Positions 39,283 to 49,064 are shown, counted from the first letter of the stretch. The stretch is DNA of 64,000 nucleotides from Candidatus Roizmanbacteria bacterium (GCA_038127095.1 JAYPGZ010000003.1:23812-87811); one strand, 5' to 3'. Notes: generated by a model not told the origin, from the sequence alone. Made by a program: numbers and translations.

Positions 39283-40325
39283 TATTTTTTTGAAGGTTCA
39301 GCTAATGCTAAATCCAAATTTTTAGTTAGTTGAATTTTTTCTAAAAACGCGACCAATCTTCTGTGACCAAGAAATGTGCGAATAGGACGTAATGCCCCAA
39401 GTATTTGTTTTGGAGCTATCAAAGCTCCAATTACATTTAGCCAAAATGTTTTTTCAAAAATATATTCAGGTCGATGCTTAACAATTGCATACGCCATGCC
39501 TTTAATATTTTCGTTTGATGTATAGTATTTGATACCCGGAAATGTTCCCACTACTACATCGAGGCGATTTTTTAAAAACTTTTGGAATCGAGCTGGGTCT
39601 TTATCAAATTCTCTATAAATGTCGAAAAGTAAATCCATGTAAAAACTGCCATTCTTGTTAATATCAAGCCAGGCAATGAGACCGGTGGTACTCGTTCGAG
39701 CGACAATAAAATGTTTACCGAAATAAACGGCGCCATGATCTTTGATCGCATTGTACGCAGCTTTTAAAAATGGCCACCAAATGTCTGTATTATGGAAGTC
39801 GCGATCAATATTAATATAATCTTTTCTAAAAACGTTACCCGACATAAAGCCATAGTGCCAATTTGAAGTTTTGTAGAAAATTTCAGGTGTTGGTTTTTCA
39901 AAAATCAATTTAGTTGCAACATGATCTATGACAGATGGTTTGTAATGATCTTTGTCATAATAAACTAACCCTGTTTGTGCATAGCCTGCATTGGTTTTAT
40001 CCATCACCTGTGCGATTTCACCAAAAAGAGTCGTATTCATAATCATGTCATCATCGGAAATCATGAAAATATATTTTCCTTGCGCCATATTAAAACCTTT
40101 TTTAATGTTTGCGGCGTATCCCATGTTTTTTTTGTTTTTAATATAGATGATTCTTTTATCTTTAAATCCCAAAACAACTTCTTCAGTATTGTCGGTAGAT
40201 GCATCATCAAGAACAAGAATTTCGAAATTCTTGAACTTTTGATTCAGGATTGAACGTAGTGAAAGAACTATATAGTCAGGACGGTTATATGTGGGAAGTA
40301 CAACGCTTATCTTTGGTTTACTCAT
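39282..40325 (-). CDS. GT2 glycosyltransferase
   Basis: MSKPKISVVLPTYNRPDYIVLSLRSILNQKFKNFEILVLDDASTDNT...ISDDDM. The start is taken at ATG 40325. Confidence 0.85.
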   Translation of the reverse strand: MSKPKISVVLPTYNRPDYIVLSLRSILNQKFKNFEILVLDDASTDNTEEVVLGFKDKRIIYIKNKKNMGYAANIKKGFNMAQGKYIFMISDDDMIMNTTLFGEIAQVMDKTNAGYAQTGLVYYDKDHYKPSVIDHVATKLIFEKPTPEIFYKTSNWHYGFMSGNVFRKDYINIDRDFHNTDIWWPFLKAAYNAIKDHGAVYFGKHFIVARTSTTGLIAWLDINKNGSFYMDLLFDIYREFDKDPARFQKFLKNRLDVVVGTFPGIKYYTSNENIKGMAYAIVKHRPEYIFEKTFWLNVIGALIAPKQILGALRPIRTFLGHRRLVAFLEKIQLTKNLDLALAEPSKK

Positions 40326-40360
40326 AATGTTTTGATTGTTGGCATAGTATAATACACCAC

Positions 40361-41500
40361 ATGTATTTTGCAAAGGCTTTTGTAGTCACGCATATTGTTT
40401 ATCGAAATAGTGAACCATTTGATCCATTGGAAGGACCATATTCTTCGGTGTGTAATGGGCTTACTAATGCAGGATTGTATGTTGATACGGTCCAAATTCC
40501 TTTGGAAGACTACGATAAACCTATACTAGTAGGAAAATGGAAAAAAGAAAGAAAACTTCGAGTCCCTACATTTTTAGGTAAGATTGCACCAATAAAATAT
40601 GTTATCGATACACTTATTGTTTTTTATATTGCTCGAAATTATTTATCTAAAAACAAGAAAAATAAAGTTGTTTACATTGGGATTGATCCTCTTTCTACAC
40701 TTGCATTAGTAGTACTGAAAAAGTTTATGCTGTTTGAGCTTGCCTTTTATGCTGTTGATTTTAATCAAAATCGGTTTAAAAATAAGTTTATGCAGTTTAT
40801 GTATGAAAAGGCTGACGAACTGGCAAGCACTCAAGCTCACTATGTATGGGCTGTATGTGAAGGATTGGTGGACTATAAAAAAAAGTTTTTGCAGGTAGAT
40901 GCAGATTACATTCCGAACTCAAATCAATATGATGCTCGTTTATATAAGAAAGGTAAAAATAAACGAACGGGTAATAAGCTTTGTTGGACAGGAAGTTGCA
41001 TAACCCCTCGTCAATTTACAATTCTATTTTCAGTACTAAAAAAAATACAAGAGGTCCGCCCGAGTATGGAATTTCATTTTGCTCCGGTAGGTAATCATGA
41101 AGCATTTGAAGAAAATTGTAAAAAGTATGGTTTGAAAAAATGGACAGTACACCGCATGCATTCACGTCGGGAATTTCAAGAGTTTGCTACAACATGTGAT
41201 GTTGGAGTTGCAGTGTACGATGATAAATTTGGCTCAACAAAATTCATTGAACCGTTAAAAATATGGGACTTTTTACTATGTGGGTTACCCTTTATTATTT
41301 CATGTGAGCCGTCATTGGGTAAAGCTGTTAAAGAATCAGGAGCTGCATATTTACTAAAACCTCATAATAAAATCCCTGACGATAATTCATTAAAGAAGTT
41401 TCTTGATAAAAAGAATTTGGAAAGCCTTCAAACAACCTGCTTACAACTAGCCAAAGAGTTTGATATTGCGGTACAAATGAAGAAGTCGCTAAAGGGTTAA
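40361..41500 (+). CDS. GT-B-fold (GT4-like) glycosyltransferase, tentative
   Basis: The C-terminal half CDVGVAVYDDKFGSTKFIEPLKIWDFLLCGLPFIISCEPSLGKAVKESGAAYLL resembles the GT1/GT4 EX7E-region pattern. TATAAT lies 7 nt upstream of the ATG. Confidence 0.5.
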   Translation: MYFAKAFVVTHIVYRNSEPFDPLEGPYSSVCNGLTNAGLYVDTVQIPLEDYDKPILVGKWKKERKLRVPTFLGKIAPIKYVIDTLIVFYIARNYLSKNKKNKVVYIGIDPLSTLALVVLKKFMLFELAFYAVDFNQNRFKNKFMQFMYEKADELASTQAHYVWAVCEGLVDYKKKFLQVDADYIPNSNQYDARLYKKGKNKRTGNKLCWTGSCITPRQFTILFSVLKKIQEVRPSMEFHFAPVGNHEAFEENCKKYGLKKWTVHRMHSRREFQEFATTCDVGVAVYDDKFGSTKFIEPLKIWDFLLCGLPFIISCEPSLGKAVKESGAAYLLKPHNKIPDDNSLKKFLDKKNLESLQTTCLQLAKEFDIAVQMKKSLKG

Positions 41501-42672
41501 CGACGCGCATGACTCCGCATCCAACCATGTCTCTGCCCAATAGGTTCTTGACCTACCTCTTCTGCTTTATTTCGTAGCATGTCTTCTATGCTTGCTCGAG
41601 GATCATCCGGAAGCTTTCCTTCAGGCCATAATGCTTGTAACATAGTTTCTTCTCGGGAAACGGATGCAAGCTCTGCTCGAATGCCGTCTTCTATCTCTTT
41701 CTGTCGGGAAGGATCATCAACAAAATCTCTAACATGATCGCCTAAAATTGCAAGATATTCTCGCACATTAACAAATCGGGCTGTCCATTCAGCAGGATTC
41801 AAATTACCTTGTCTTCCATTTAGGCCAACAGTAGCTTTGAACGTATCAGTAAGTAGCTGATAATCATGATCTAGCATATCGGGATGTAGCTCTGAAATAC
41901 CTAATGAAGTTGTTGTTGCATTAGGTGTAAATAGAGTACCTCCTCTTGTTTCGATTTCTTTCTTAACAGCATCTTTCATCTGTAAAGGCGTCTCAAATGC
42001 TCCAACTCCGTATGTTTCGTCAGATAGTAGCACTGCTCCCATTTGCTTGGCAATAATAGGAAGTTTTGGATGCGGGAATGTAGCTGGTCTTAGATCAAGA
42101 GCGCGATCGGTAACTTCTCTCATTACTTCTTTGGTCATTGCATGGTTGGTACTTCCTATGTCGTAAGGCATGCCAAGAGCTTTTGACCAATGAATATTGA
42201 ATCGCAATTCTGTTTGTAGTAATGCTGCATGGTGTGTCAAATAATCCAATCCACTTCTTCTGAGATTAAGATGAACTTCTTCTCCTTCATGTTCTTTCAT
42301 TCTTTGCTCTACAAGTCTGGCTGTTAGTGAAAATTCCTCTGGATACATGGTTGCTGCCATGATTACTCTATCGCCATCTTGATATTGGATAATATTGTCA
42401 TCACGTTCATCTGCAACACGTACTGCTTCTCGAAATGCAATTAAGTGATCGTTTTCAACAAATCTTTTTTCAAGCGGCTCGATAGCATTTGCTGCCTCTT
42501 TTCCAATGATAATTACTCCAAATTGCTCCAATCGACTAATAACTCGTTGGTCAGTTGTACCAGTAACACGTACAACCCATTTATCGTAATGTTCATGCAC
42601 TTTTTTTGCGGCGGCAGCAATATTGTTGAACAAAGATCCGTCGATGTCATGTAAAGTAGATACTAAAATCAT
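41497..42672 (-). CDS. uncharacterised cytoplasmic protein, paralog A (391 aa)
   Basis: Alignable with the next gene in conserved blocks: MILxSTLHD, ENDHL, DGDRVxMAA, THHAxLxQTEL, DIGSTxHxMT, PHPxxxIIAKxMGA, FETPxQ, PxEWxxRF. No family recognised. Confidence 0.7.
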   Translation of the reverse strand: MILVSTLHDIDGSLFNNIAAAAKKVHEHYDKWVVRVTGTTDQRVISRLEQFGVIIIGKEAANAIEPLEKRFVENDHLIAFREAVRVADERDDNIIQYQDGDRVIMAATMYPEEFSLTARLVEQRMKEHEGEEVHLNLRRSGLDYLTHHAALLQTELRFNIHWSKALGMPYDIGSTNHAMTKEVMREVTDRALDLRPATFPHPKLPIIAKQMGAVLLSDETYGVGAFETPLQMKDAVKKEIETRGGTLFTPNATTTSLGISELHPDMLDHDYQLLTDTFKATVGLNGRQGNLNPAEWTARFVNVREYLAILGDHVRDFVDDPSRQKEIEDGIRAELASVSREETMLQALWPEGKLPDDPRASIEDMLRNKAEEVGQEPIGQRHGWMRSHARR

Positions 42673-42693
42673 AGAGCGTGATTATAGCACGTT

Positions 42694-43737
42694 CTATTGC
42701 CCCATCGCAACGCGAAGTCGTGCTCGAATTTGATCTTCAGGAGTTGAAAGTGTTTTGATTATTGCTTCTTTTTGTGCAGTCATAGTTTTTATTTTTTCAT
42801 CGATTTCTTTTTCAAAAAAAGCAACTTTTGTTTTTGATGAAACAATATCATTTAGATATTTCTTCAAAACCTGTAAATAACTTTTTTCCAAATCAAATCG
42901 CCTACCCCATTCTTCAGGTGACGTAGCGCTCAGTGGTCCTTTTATTCCCAGTGTTGTCATATACTCATCTTGTAATACCGCATATTGGATATGTGGGTCT
43001 TTGTAGGTTTGTGATTCGTCGTGCTTACCTAGCTTTAGTAAACGCTCATTTATTTCAGTACGATATTGCTCTGGTGTTTCAAAGGTAAGTACTTTTTCAA
43101 CTGCACGTGTATCAATAGTTGCGCCCATTTTTTTTGCAATAATAAGCCACAATGGATGTGGGTAGGTAACACGCTCCATATGTGGGGATTGCTCTAGAAT
43201 GCTCCTCGCTACGTCTAAAGTCATTACATGTCCTGTACTTCCAATATCAATGGGTTTAAGAAATATGTCGTTATACAAAGCAGAAAATCCAAGTTCAGTT
43301 TGTACTAAAGGTGCATGATGGGTAAAAAAATCTTCGGTACTTCGCGCAAGATTTAGATAATACTTTTCTTTAAAAGTAATCTTATTTACCATGTCTGCCA
43401 TTTTCTTGAATTCATCTTTGAAATATTTTGCAGCCATTACGACTCGATCACCATCAATATATATAAGCGCAAGTGAGTTAGTTGATATAGAATGCTCATA
43501 TCCTTGTGAAAGCGCTACAAGATGATCGTTTTCGATTGTGTTATCTGGAATTATTATGTGCTCATCATTGATTACGGATACACCAAGTTTCATTAATTCT
43601 TCAATTACTTCTTTATTGGTAATCGAAGATGTTCTTACCACCCACTCATCAAAATTTTTAAGAATTACCTTTGAGGCTGAAGTCAAATCATCTAGAAGTC
43701 TGTTTTCTGGATCATGAAGGGTCGAACACAGTATCAT
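42694..43737 (-). CDS. uncharacterised cytoplasmic protein, paralog B (347 aa)
   Basis: Same conserved blocks as 41497-42672, with roughly one third identity by eye. Confidence 0.7.
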   Translation of the reverse strand: MILCSTLHDPENRLLDDLTSASKVILKNFDEWVVRTSSITNKEVIEELMKLGVSVINDEHIIIPDNTIENDHLVALSQGYEHSISTNSLALIYIDGDRVVMAAKYFKDEFKKMADMVNKITFKEKYYLNLARSTEDFFTHHAPLVQTELGFSALYNDIFLKPIDIGSTGHVMTLDVARSILEQSPHMERVTYPHPLWLIIAKKMGATIDTRAVEKVLTFETPEQYRTEINERLLKLGKHDESQTYKDPHIQYAVLQDEYMTTLGIKGPLSATSPEEWGRRFDLEKSYLQVLKKYLNDIVSSKTKVAFFEKEIDEKIKTMTAQKEAIIKTLSTPEDQIRARLRVAMGQ

Positions 43738-43754
43738 TAAATCAGTATATCAGA

Positions 43755-45083
43755 CTATTGCTTTTTCAAGAAGTCTGAAATACTTTGAGCAATGTAATCA
43801 ATTTGCTCATCTCCGTTTCCTGGGTAGGTTCCAACAAAAAGTGTGTTATGTAACACGCGTGTTGAATTGTTTAGGTTACCGACTTGGCGGTAATTTACCC
43901 GAGTTTTTGCATATGCATGCTGTTTCGTAATATTGCCTGCAAACAGTGGACGTGTTTGGATCATCCGTTCCTCTAAAAAGAGGGTCAATTTATGTCGAGT
44001 GAATTTCACATCATCGCGAATAGTTAATGGAAATGAAAACCAGCAAGGTTTTGCTTTTGGAAGAGAAGTCGGAAGGTAAAAGTATTGTTCCCATTCCTTT
44101 GCATATTTAAATAATCGTTTGAAATTATGCTCTCTTTTTTTAATAAATTGGGGCATGCGTTTTAGCTGCTCAAGTCCCATTGCGGCCTGTGCTTCAATTG
44201 GTTTCAAGTTATAACCAATTTGGTTAAACATGTATTTATGATCGTACATTTTTCCATCGATACGATAATTAAATCGAGCTTGGCAAGTTCCCCATGTTCT
44301 TTTTTCATCACCCCTGCACCAACATGATCGTCCCCAATCGCGAAGTGATCGAGTAATTCTTTCAAATCGTAAATCGTTATAGTGAATTGCCCCTCCTTCT
44401 CCCATTGTCATGTGGTGAGGTGGATAGAATGATTGGGTTCCCAGAATTCCAAATCCTCCAGTTCGTTTTCCATCGTATTCCGATCCGAGTCCATCACAAT
44501 TATCTTCCAGCAAAAACAAATCATGTGCCTTGCAAAACTCAAGAACCTTATCGACTTCAAATGGATTACCCAAAGTGTGAGCCAACATAACAGCGCGTGT
44601 TTTTTTTGAGAGTGCTTTTTCCAAATCTTCAACATTGATGTTTAGAGTATCAGGATTGATATCAATAAAGACTGGTTTTAATTGATTTTGAATCAATGGA
44701 TTAACGGTAGTTGGAAATCCACACGCTGCAGTAATAACTTCATCACCAGGGTTCAGGTGATTGGGAAAAAAATATGATAGTAGCGATGTTACAGCAAGTA
44801 GATTTGCGCTCGAACCTGAATTTGTGAGAATTGATCCTTTGGCACCAACAAACTTTGCCATTCTTTCTTCAAATAATTCACCCTTTGCTCCTAAACCAAA
44901 CCATCCATCAATCAGTGAGCTTGTAGCGGCATTGATTTCTTTATGATCAAAAACTCCTCCTCCATACTGAATCCACGTTTTACCGGGGATAAATTTTTTC
45001 TGTTTTTGACGAAGTGAGAAAATTTTTTCAATTCGTGTCTCAATTTCTGCTCGAAGTTTTGCTTCTGGATCAACTGTTTTCAT
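43755..45083 (-). CDS. rfbH: RfbH/DdhC (E1)-type NDP-4-keto-6-deoxyhexose 3-dehydrase (DegT/DnrJ/EryC1 superfamily)
   Basis: FIPGKTWIQYGGGVFDHKEINAATSSLIDGWFGLGAKGELFEERMAKFVGAKGSILTNSGSSANLLA, plus the Cys cluster SCWCRGDEKRTWGTC typical of the Fe-S-binding E1 enzymes. The start is probably ATG 45083 (MKTVDPE); the track start is 45137. Confidence 0.75.
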   Translation of the reverse strand: MKTVDPEAKLRAEIETRIEKIFSLRQKQKKFIPGKTWIQYGGGVFDHKEINAATSSLIDGWFGLGAKGELFEERMAKFVGAKGSILTNSGSSANLLAVTSLLSYFFPNHLNPGDEVITAACGFPTTVNPLIQNQLKPVFIDINPDTLNINVEDLEKALSKKTRAVMLAHTLGNPFEVDKVLEFCKAHDLFLLEDNCDGLGSEYDGKRTGGFGILGTQSFYPPHHMTMGEGGAIHYNDLRFERITRSLRDWGRSCWCRGDEKRTWGTCQARFNYRIDGKMYDHKYMFNQIGYNLKPIEAQAAMGLEQLKRMPQFIKKREHNFKRLFKYAKEWEQYFYLPTSLPKAKPCWFSFPLTIRDDVKFTRHKLTLFLEERMIQTRPLFAGNITKQHAYAKTRVNYRQVGNLNNSTRVLHNTLFVGTYPGNGDEQIDYIAQSISDFLKKQ

Positions 45084-45996
45084 CGCTATCATGATAGTTG
45101 TTTTTACTAAAAAAATCAACGGATTTTTTGATACCATCGTCTAAACTGATTTTTGGTTCCCACTTGAGTATTTTTTTAGCGCGCGAAATACTGAGTTTTT
45201 GATATGGTGCTTCCCCTACCCGATCGGGAAATGCATGGAGCACAATTTTTGATTTACTTTGAGAATGTTTGACTACTTTTTTTACAAAAGTATATAGTGA
45301 AACAGCTTTTTTGCCTCCTATATTGATGATTTCATTTTCTGTGATTTTTGTTTTAATTGCCTTTTCAATTGCATTAACTGCATCGTCGATATAAATGTAA
45401 TCGCGTTTCAGTTGTCCCGAATTCAGTAATATACTCTTATTGGTAAGTGCAGATCGTATAATTTGTGTGAGAAAACGATCAGGTTGACTTCCCGGACCAA
45501 AAAAAGTTCCAAATCGCAGTGAAATAAATGAAAATCCGTGTAATACGCTGTAATAATGAAGTAGGTGTTCTCCAGCAACTTTACTTATTGAATACATTGA
45601 TGGTGGCTTAGGATTTTGATTCTCTTTATAGGGGGTCTTATTGTTACCATATACTTCTTCTGTGCTCGTGAAAATAACTTTCTTAATGCCAATATTTTTT
45701 GTTGCCTCAAGCAAATTGAGTGTCGAAATAATGTTGGCATCAATACAATTACGAGCGGTTTCAAAATCTCGAGTTAAATTAACAAGTGCTGCAAAGTGTA
45801 ATATTGTGTCTGGTTTAGTTTTCTGCAGCAAAGCACGTGTTTTTTTATAGTCGAGTAAATCGAGGCGTATGATTTGTTCTTTTTTATTCCCTGTTCGCGA
45901 AGTTTTTATGAGGTCAAACTGATTGCTTTTTTCAAGATGCGAAGTGACAGATTTTCCCAGAAAGCTTGTGGCCCCGGTAATTAAAATAGTTTTCAT
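45070..45996 (-). CDS. NAD-dependent epimerase/dehydratase (extended SDR)
   Basis: ILITGATSFLGKS and YSISKVAGE (YxxxK). Confidence 0.85.
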   Translation of the reverse strand: MKTILITGATSFLGKSVTSHLEKSNQFDLIKTSRTGNKKEQIIRLDLLDYKKTRALLQKTKPDTILHFAALVNLTRDFETARNCIDANIISTLNLLEATKNIGIKKVIFTSTEEVYGNNKTPYKENQNPKPPSMYSISKVAGEHLLHYYSVLHGFSFISLRFGTFFGPGSQPDRFLTQIIRSALTNKSILLNSGQLKRDYIYIDDAVNAIEKAIKTKITENEIINIGGKKAVSLYTFVKKVVKHSQSKSKIVLHAFPDRVGEAPYQKLSISRAKKILKWEPKISLDDGIKKSVDFFSKNNYHDSDENS

Positions 45997-47096
45997 GAAA
46001 AAAAGGAGTTGATATGATGACCGATCTGTTTTATTTCTTTTTTTGTCAAACCTGGATATATCGGTAAGCTTAAAATGTGTTTAGCTACTTTCTCAGCCAC
46101 GGGGAATTGCCCTCTTTTGTATCCTAAGTGGCTATACGTTTTTTGCAAATGGATCGGTATCGGATAGTGGATGAGTGTTCCAATATTATTTTTTTCCAGA
46201 TATTTTTGGAGCTGATCGCGTTTTTTAGTTTCAATAACGAATAGATGGTAATTTGATTCACCTTTAGGAAGAATTTGTTGGATTTTTACAGAAGTCAGGA
46301 CATCTGCGTATTGTTGAGCAACTTCTCTACGAAGTTTATTCCACTCGTCGATATATTTAAGCTTAACGCGTAATGCTGCTGCTTGTAATTCATCGAGTCT
46401 GCTATTTCTACCAAATGTTACGTGATGATATTTTTTTGTTTGTCCGTAGTTGCGCCAAAATTTTGCTCGCTCATATAATTTTTTACTATTAGTTGCTACA
46501 GCACCAGCATCGCCGTAAGCTCCTAAATTTTTCCCCGGATAGAAACTAAAAGCATTTATGTCGCCAAATGAACCCATTTTTTTACCCTTAAGAGTGGTAC
46601 CGACTGCTTGAGCAACATCTTCGACGACAAAAATCTTGTGTTTTTTTGCAATCTTCATGATGGTATCTATTTCACATGGTGCGCCGTATAAATGAACAGG
46701 AAGAATGGCCTTAGTTTTTTTGGTAATTTTTTTTTCAATTTCCTTAACATCAACCTGATATGTGTTTGGGTCGCAATCAACCAAAACAGGTTTTGCTCCA
46801 ACATACGAAATCGCGAGTGATGTTGCAATATAACTATTTGCAGGAGTGATAACTTCATCACCGGGACCGATTTCTAGTGCACGTAAACAGAATTCAAGGG
46901 CGTCGGTACCAGAATTTAGTCCAACTACATATTTGACTCCTAAATATTTTGCAAACTCCTGCTCAAACGCTTCAAGTTCTGGGCCCAAAATAAACCATTG
47001 TCGATTAAAAACACGGGCAATTGCTTTCTGTACTTCCTTTGCGAGCGTTCCGTATTGTCGTTCAAAGTCAAGGAATTTTATATCCATATTATTCAA
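45993..47096 (-). CDS. DegT/DnrJ/EryC1-family sugar aminotransferase (FdtB/QdtB-like)
   Basis: FLDFERQY...WFILGPELEAFEQEFAKYLGVKYVVGLNSGTDALEFCLRAL...FSFYPGKNLGAYGDAG (PLP-Lys context). Confidence 0.88.
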   Translation of the reverse strand: MNNMDIKFLDFERQYGTLAKEVQKAIARVFNRQWFILGPELEAFEQEFAKYLGVKYVVGLNSGTDALEFCLRALEIGPGDEVITPANSYIATSLAISYVGAKPVLVDCDPNTYQVDVKEIEKKITKKTKAILPVHLYGAPCEIDTIMKIAKKHKIFVVEDVAQAVGTTLKGKKMGSFGDINAFSFYPGKNLGAYGDAGAVATNSKKLYERAKFWRNYGQTKKYHHVTFGRNSRLDELQAAALRVKLKYIDEWNKLRREVAQQYADVLTSVKIQQILPKGESNYHLFVIETKKRDQLQKYLEKNNIGTLIHYPIPIHLQKTYSHLGYKRGQFPVAEKVAKHILSLPIYPGLTKKEIKQIGHHINSFFS

Positions 47097-48096
47097 CCAT
47101 CTTTTGCCATGAAGGAGGCAAATTTTCGTAAATTTCTATGTTTTTAAATTTACTTGTTTGTAATGGCCCTATTTCTTTTGCCCATGCAACCATTCGCTTT
47201 ATTCCGGTTTGCAAATCGACAGTATTTTGAATGTTGAATGCGTGTGCGACTTTAGAATGATCGGAATAAGCATGTAATACTTCTTTACGAGCGGCTAGAT
47301 GTTTTATAACGGGTTTTACTCCTAATGCATCTGCCATAACCTGCGCCAATTCATTCACTGTGTATGGTTTGTCTGCTCCAATGTTATAAATTTCATTAAT
47401 GGTTTCTTTTCTTTCTACGCAGTTTGCGATATAAGGGGCAACATCGTCGATGTAAGAAAATGCTCGTGTTTGAGTACCATCGCCAAAAATCGTCATTGGT
47501 TTCCCGAGCATCATATTGTTTATGAAAATTCCTAGTACGTTTCGATATGGGTCACCGTGATTTTGTCGTTCACCATACACGTTGTGGGGTCTAAAAATGG
47601 TGTATTCGAGTCCGTGCATGTGGTACGCAGCTTTTAGATCAAGTTCAACAGCGTACTTTGCAACACCGTATGGATCTTCAGGTTGAGGTTGCATGTCTTC
47701 GCGCATCGGTGTTTGATTTGCTCCATATACGGCAATACTCGAGGTAAACACAAACCGCTTTACTTTATACAGAATACTTCGATTGATTAAATTCACTGAG
47801 CCAATTAGATTGTTATCGTAGTTAAAATGTCGAATAAAATGACTTAATCCTTCGGCTGCATAGGCTGCTAAGTGATATACATAGTCGAACTGACAGATAT
47901 CAAATAGCTGATCAAGGAGTTTTTCGTCTAAAATGCTGCCGGTAACAAATACTGCACCTTTTGGAACATTTCTGGTGAATCCTCCACTCAAGTCATCAAG
48001 AACAACTACGTTGTGACCCATTGCAAGCAAATGATCTACAACATGGCTCCCAATAAATCCTGCACCACCTGTTACTAAACTTGTCGGTTTCTTCAT
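47089..48096 (-). CDS. NAD-dependent epimerase/dehydratase (extended SDR; possible 4,6-dehydratase or 4-epimerase)
   Basis: LVTGGAGFIGSHVVDHLL and YGVAKYAVE (YxxxK). Confidence 0.8.
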   Translation of the reverse strand: MKKPTSLVTGGAGFIGSHVVDHLLAMGHNVVVLDDLSGGFTRNVPKGAVFVTGSILDEKLLDQLFDICQFDYVYHLAAYAAEGLSHFIRHFNYDNNLIGSVNLINRSILYKVKRFVFTSSIAVYGANQTPMREDMQPQPEDPYGVAKYAVELDLKAAYHMHGLEYTIFRPHNVYGERQNHGDPYRNVLGIFINNMMLGKPMTIFGDGTQTRAFSYIDDVAPYIANCVERKETINEIYNIGADKPYTVNELAQVMADALGVKPVIKHLAARKEVLHAYSDHSKVAHAFNIQNTVDLQTGIKRMVAWAKEIGPLQTSKFKNIEIYENLPPSWQKMVE

Positions 48097-48656
48097 AATT
48101 CTTGTACTATCGTTGAAGAGTTCTTTTTACCATATTTTCGTCCACAATAACAGGTGTATTTATCTTGTTCAAACAGCATTTTTTTGGTACAAACACATAT
48201 AAAACCATGCAGCGTTGCTGGGTTTCCATAAACTAATCCGTAATCTGGAACAGATTTTGTAACGACAGATCCGGCACCTATGAGTGCATGTGACCCAACG
48301 GTAATACCTGCAATTATGGTTGCATTTGCTCCTATGCTACAGCCATTTTTAAGAATCGTTTTTTCAAGTGTGTAGTTTGTATTCTTACTCCGATGATATT
48401 TATCATTTGTAAAAACAGCTGCCGGGCCAATCATAACATTATCTTCAACAGTTACTCCGTCCCACAGGTATACTCCACATTTAACGGTCACGTTATTTCC
48501 AAGAATTACATCGTTTTCTATAAAACAAAAATCGCATATATTTGCATTGTCGCCTATTTTTGCTCCTGGTAAGATGTGGGTATACGCCCAAATACGAGAA
48601 TTTTTTCCAATATTTTCTGTTTCAACAAGTGCGGTTTTGTGGGTAAAGTAATCCAT
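48093..48656 (-). CDS. hexapeptide-repeat (LbH) sugar N-acetyltransferase (FdtC/QdtC-like)
   Basis: Left-handed beta-helix hexapeptide periodicity (IGDNANI, ILGNNVTV, IGPAAVF, IGANATI, VGSHALIGAGSVV) plus a Cys-rich tail. Confidence 0.8.
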   Translation of the reverse strand: MDYFTHKTALVETENIGKNSRIWAYTHILPGAKIGDNANICDFCFIENDVILGNNVTVKCGVYLWDGVTVEDNVMIGPAAVFTNDKYHRSKNTNYTLEKTILKNGCSIGANATIIAGITVGSHALIGAGSVVTKSVPDYGLVYGNPATLHGFICVCTKKMLFEQDKYTCYCGRKYGKKNSSTIVQEL

Positions 48657-48658
48657 AA

Positions 48659-49060
48659 TTAATCAATTTCATATCGAATACTGTCGTCAGAACTCCACTC
48701 GCCGTCCGCATAATTGAGTAAAGCTGCATATTTAGACATACTTTCAATTTTATGAGCTATTCCAGGTCCGATTTCAAGTCGTGTGTATTGGTCTTTTTTC
48801 GCGTCGAGGATAAATACTTTTCTTTTTTTTGTTTTTACGTCTTCAAGTGTTACTCTAACTTTTCCCGCTACAATTCCAAACCATTCATGCCACACATTAT
48901 GGTAATGATTACCTCGAACTATACCTTTTTGTGTAAATGTCACAAAATATATTTGACCGAAAGTTTTATACGCGTCTGCTAAATCCCCTCGTTGCAAAAA
49001 GACAATCAGATCTCCTCGTTTATCACTAAATTTCCTAAATTTTTTTAATGTAAAATCCAT
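48659..49060 (-). CDS. WxcM/FdtA-like cupin (NDP-4-keto-6-deoxyhexose 3,4-ketoisomerase)
   Basis: FSDKRGDLIVF...FGQIYFVTFTQKGIVRGNHYHNVWHEWFGIVAGKVRV, the FdtA/QdtA-type cupin pattern. Confidence 0.7.
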   Translation of the reverse strand: MDFTLKKFRKFSDKRGDLIVFLQRGDLADAYKTFGQIYFVTFTQKGIVRGNHYHNVWHEWFGIVAGKVRVTLEDVKTKKRKVFILDAKKDQYTRLEIGPGIAHKIESMSKYAALLNYADGEWSSDDSIRYEID

Positions 49061-49064
49061 AAGA

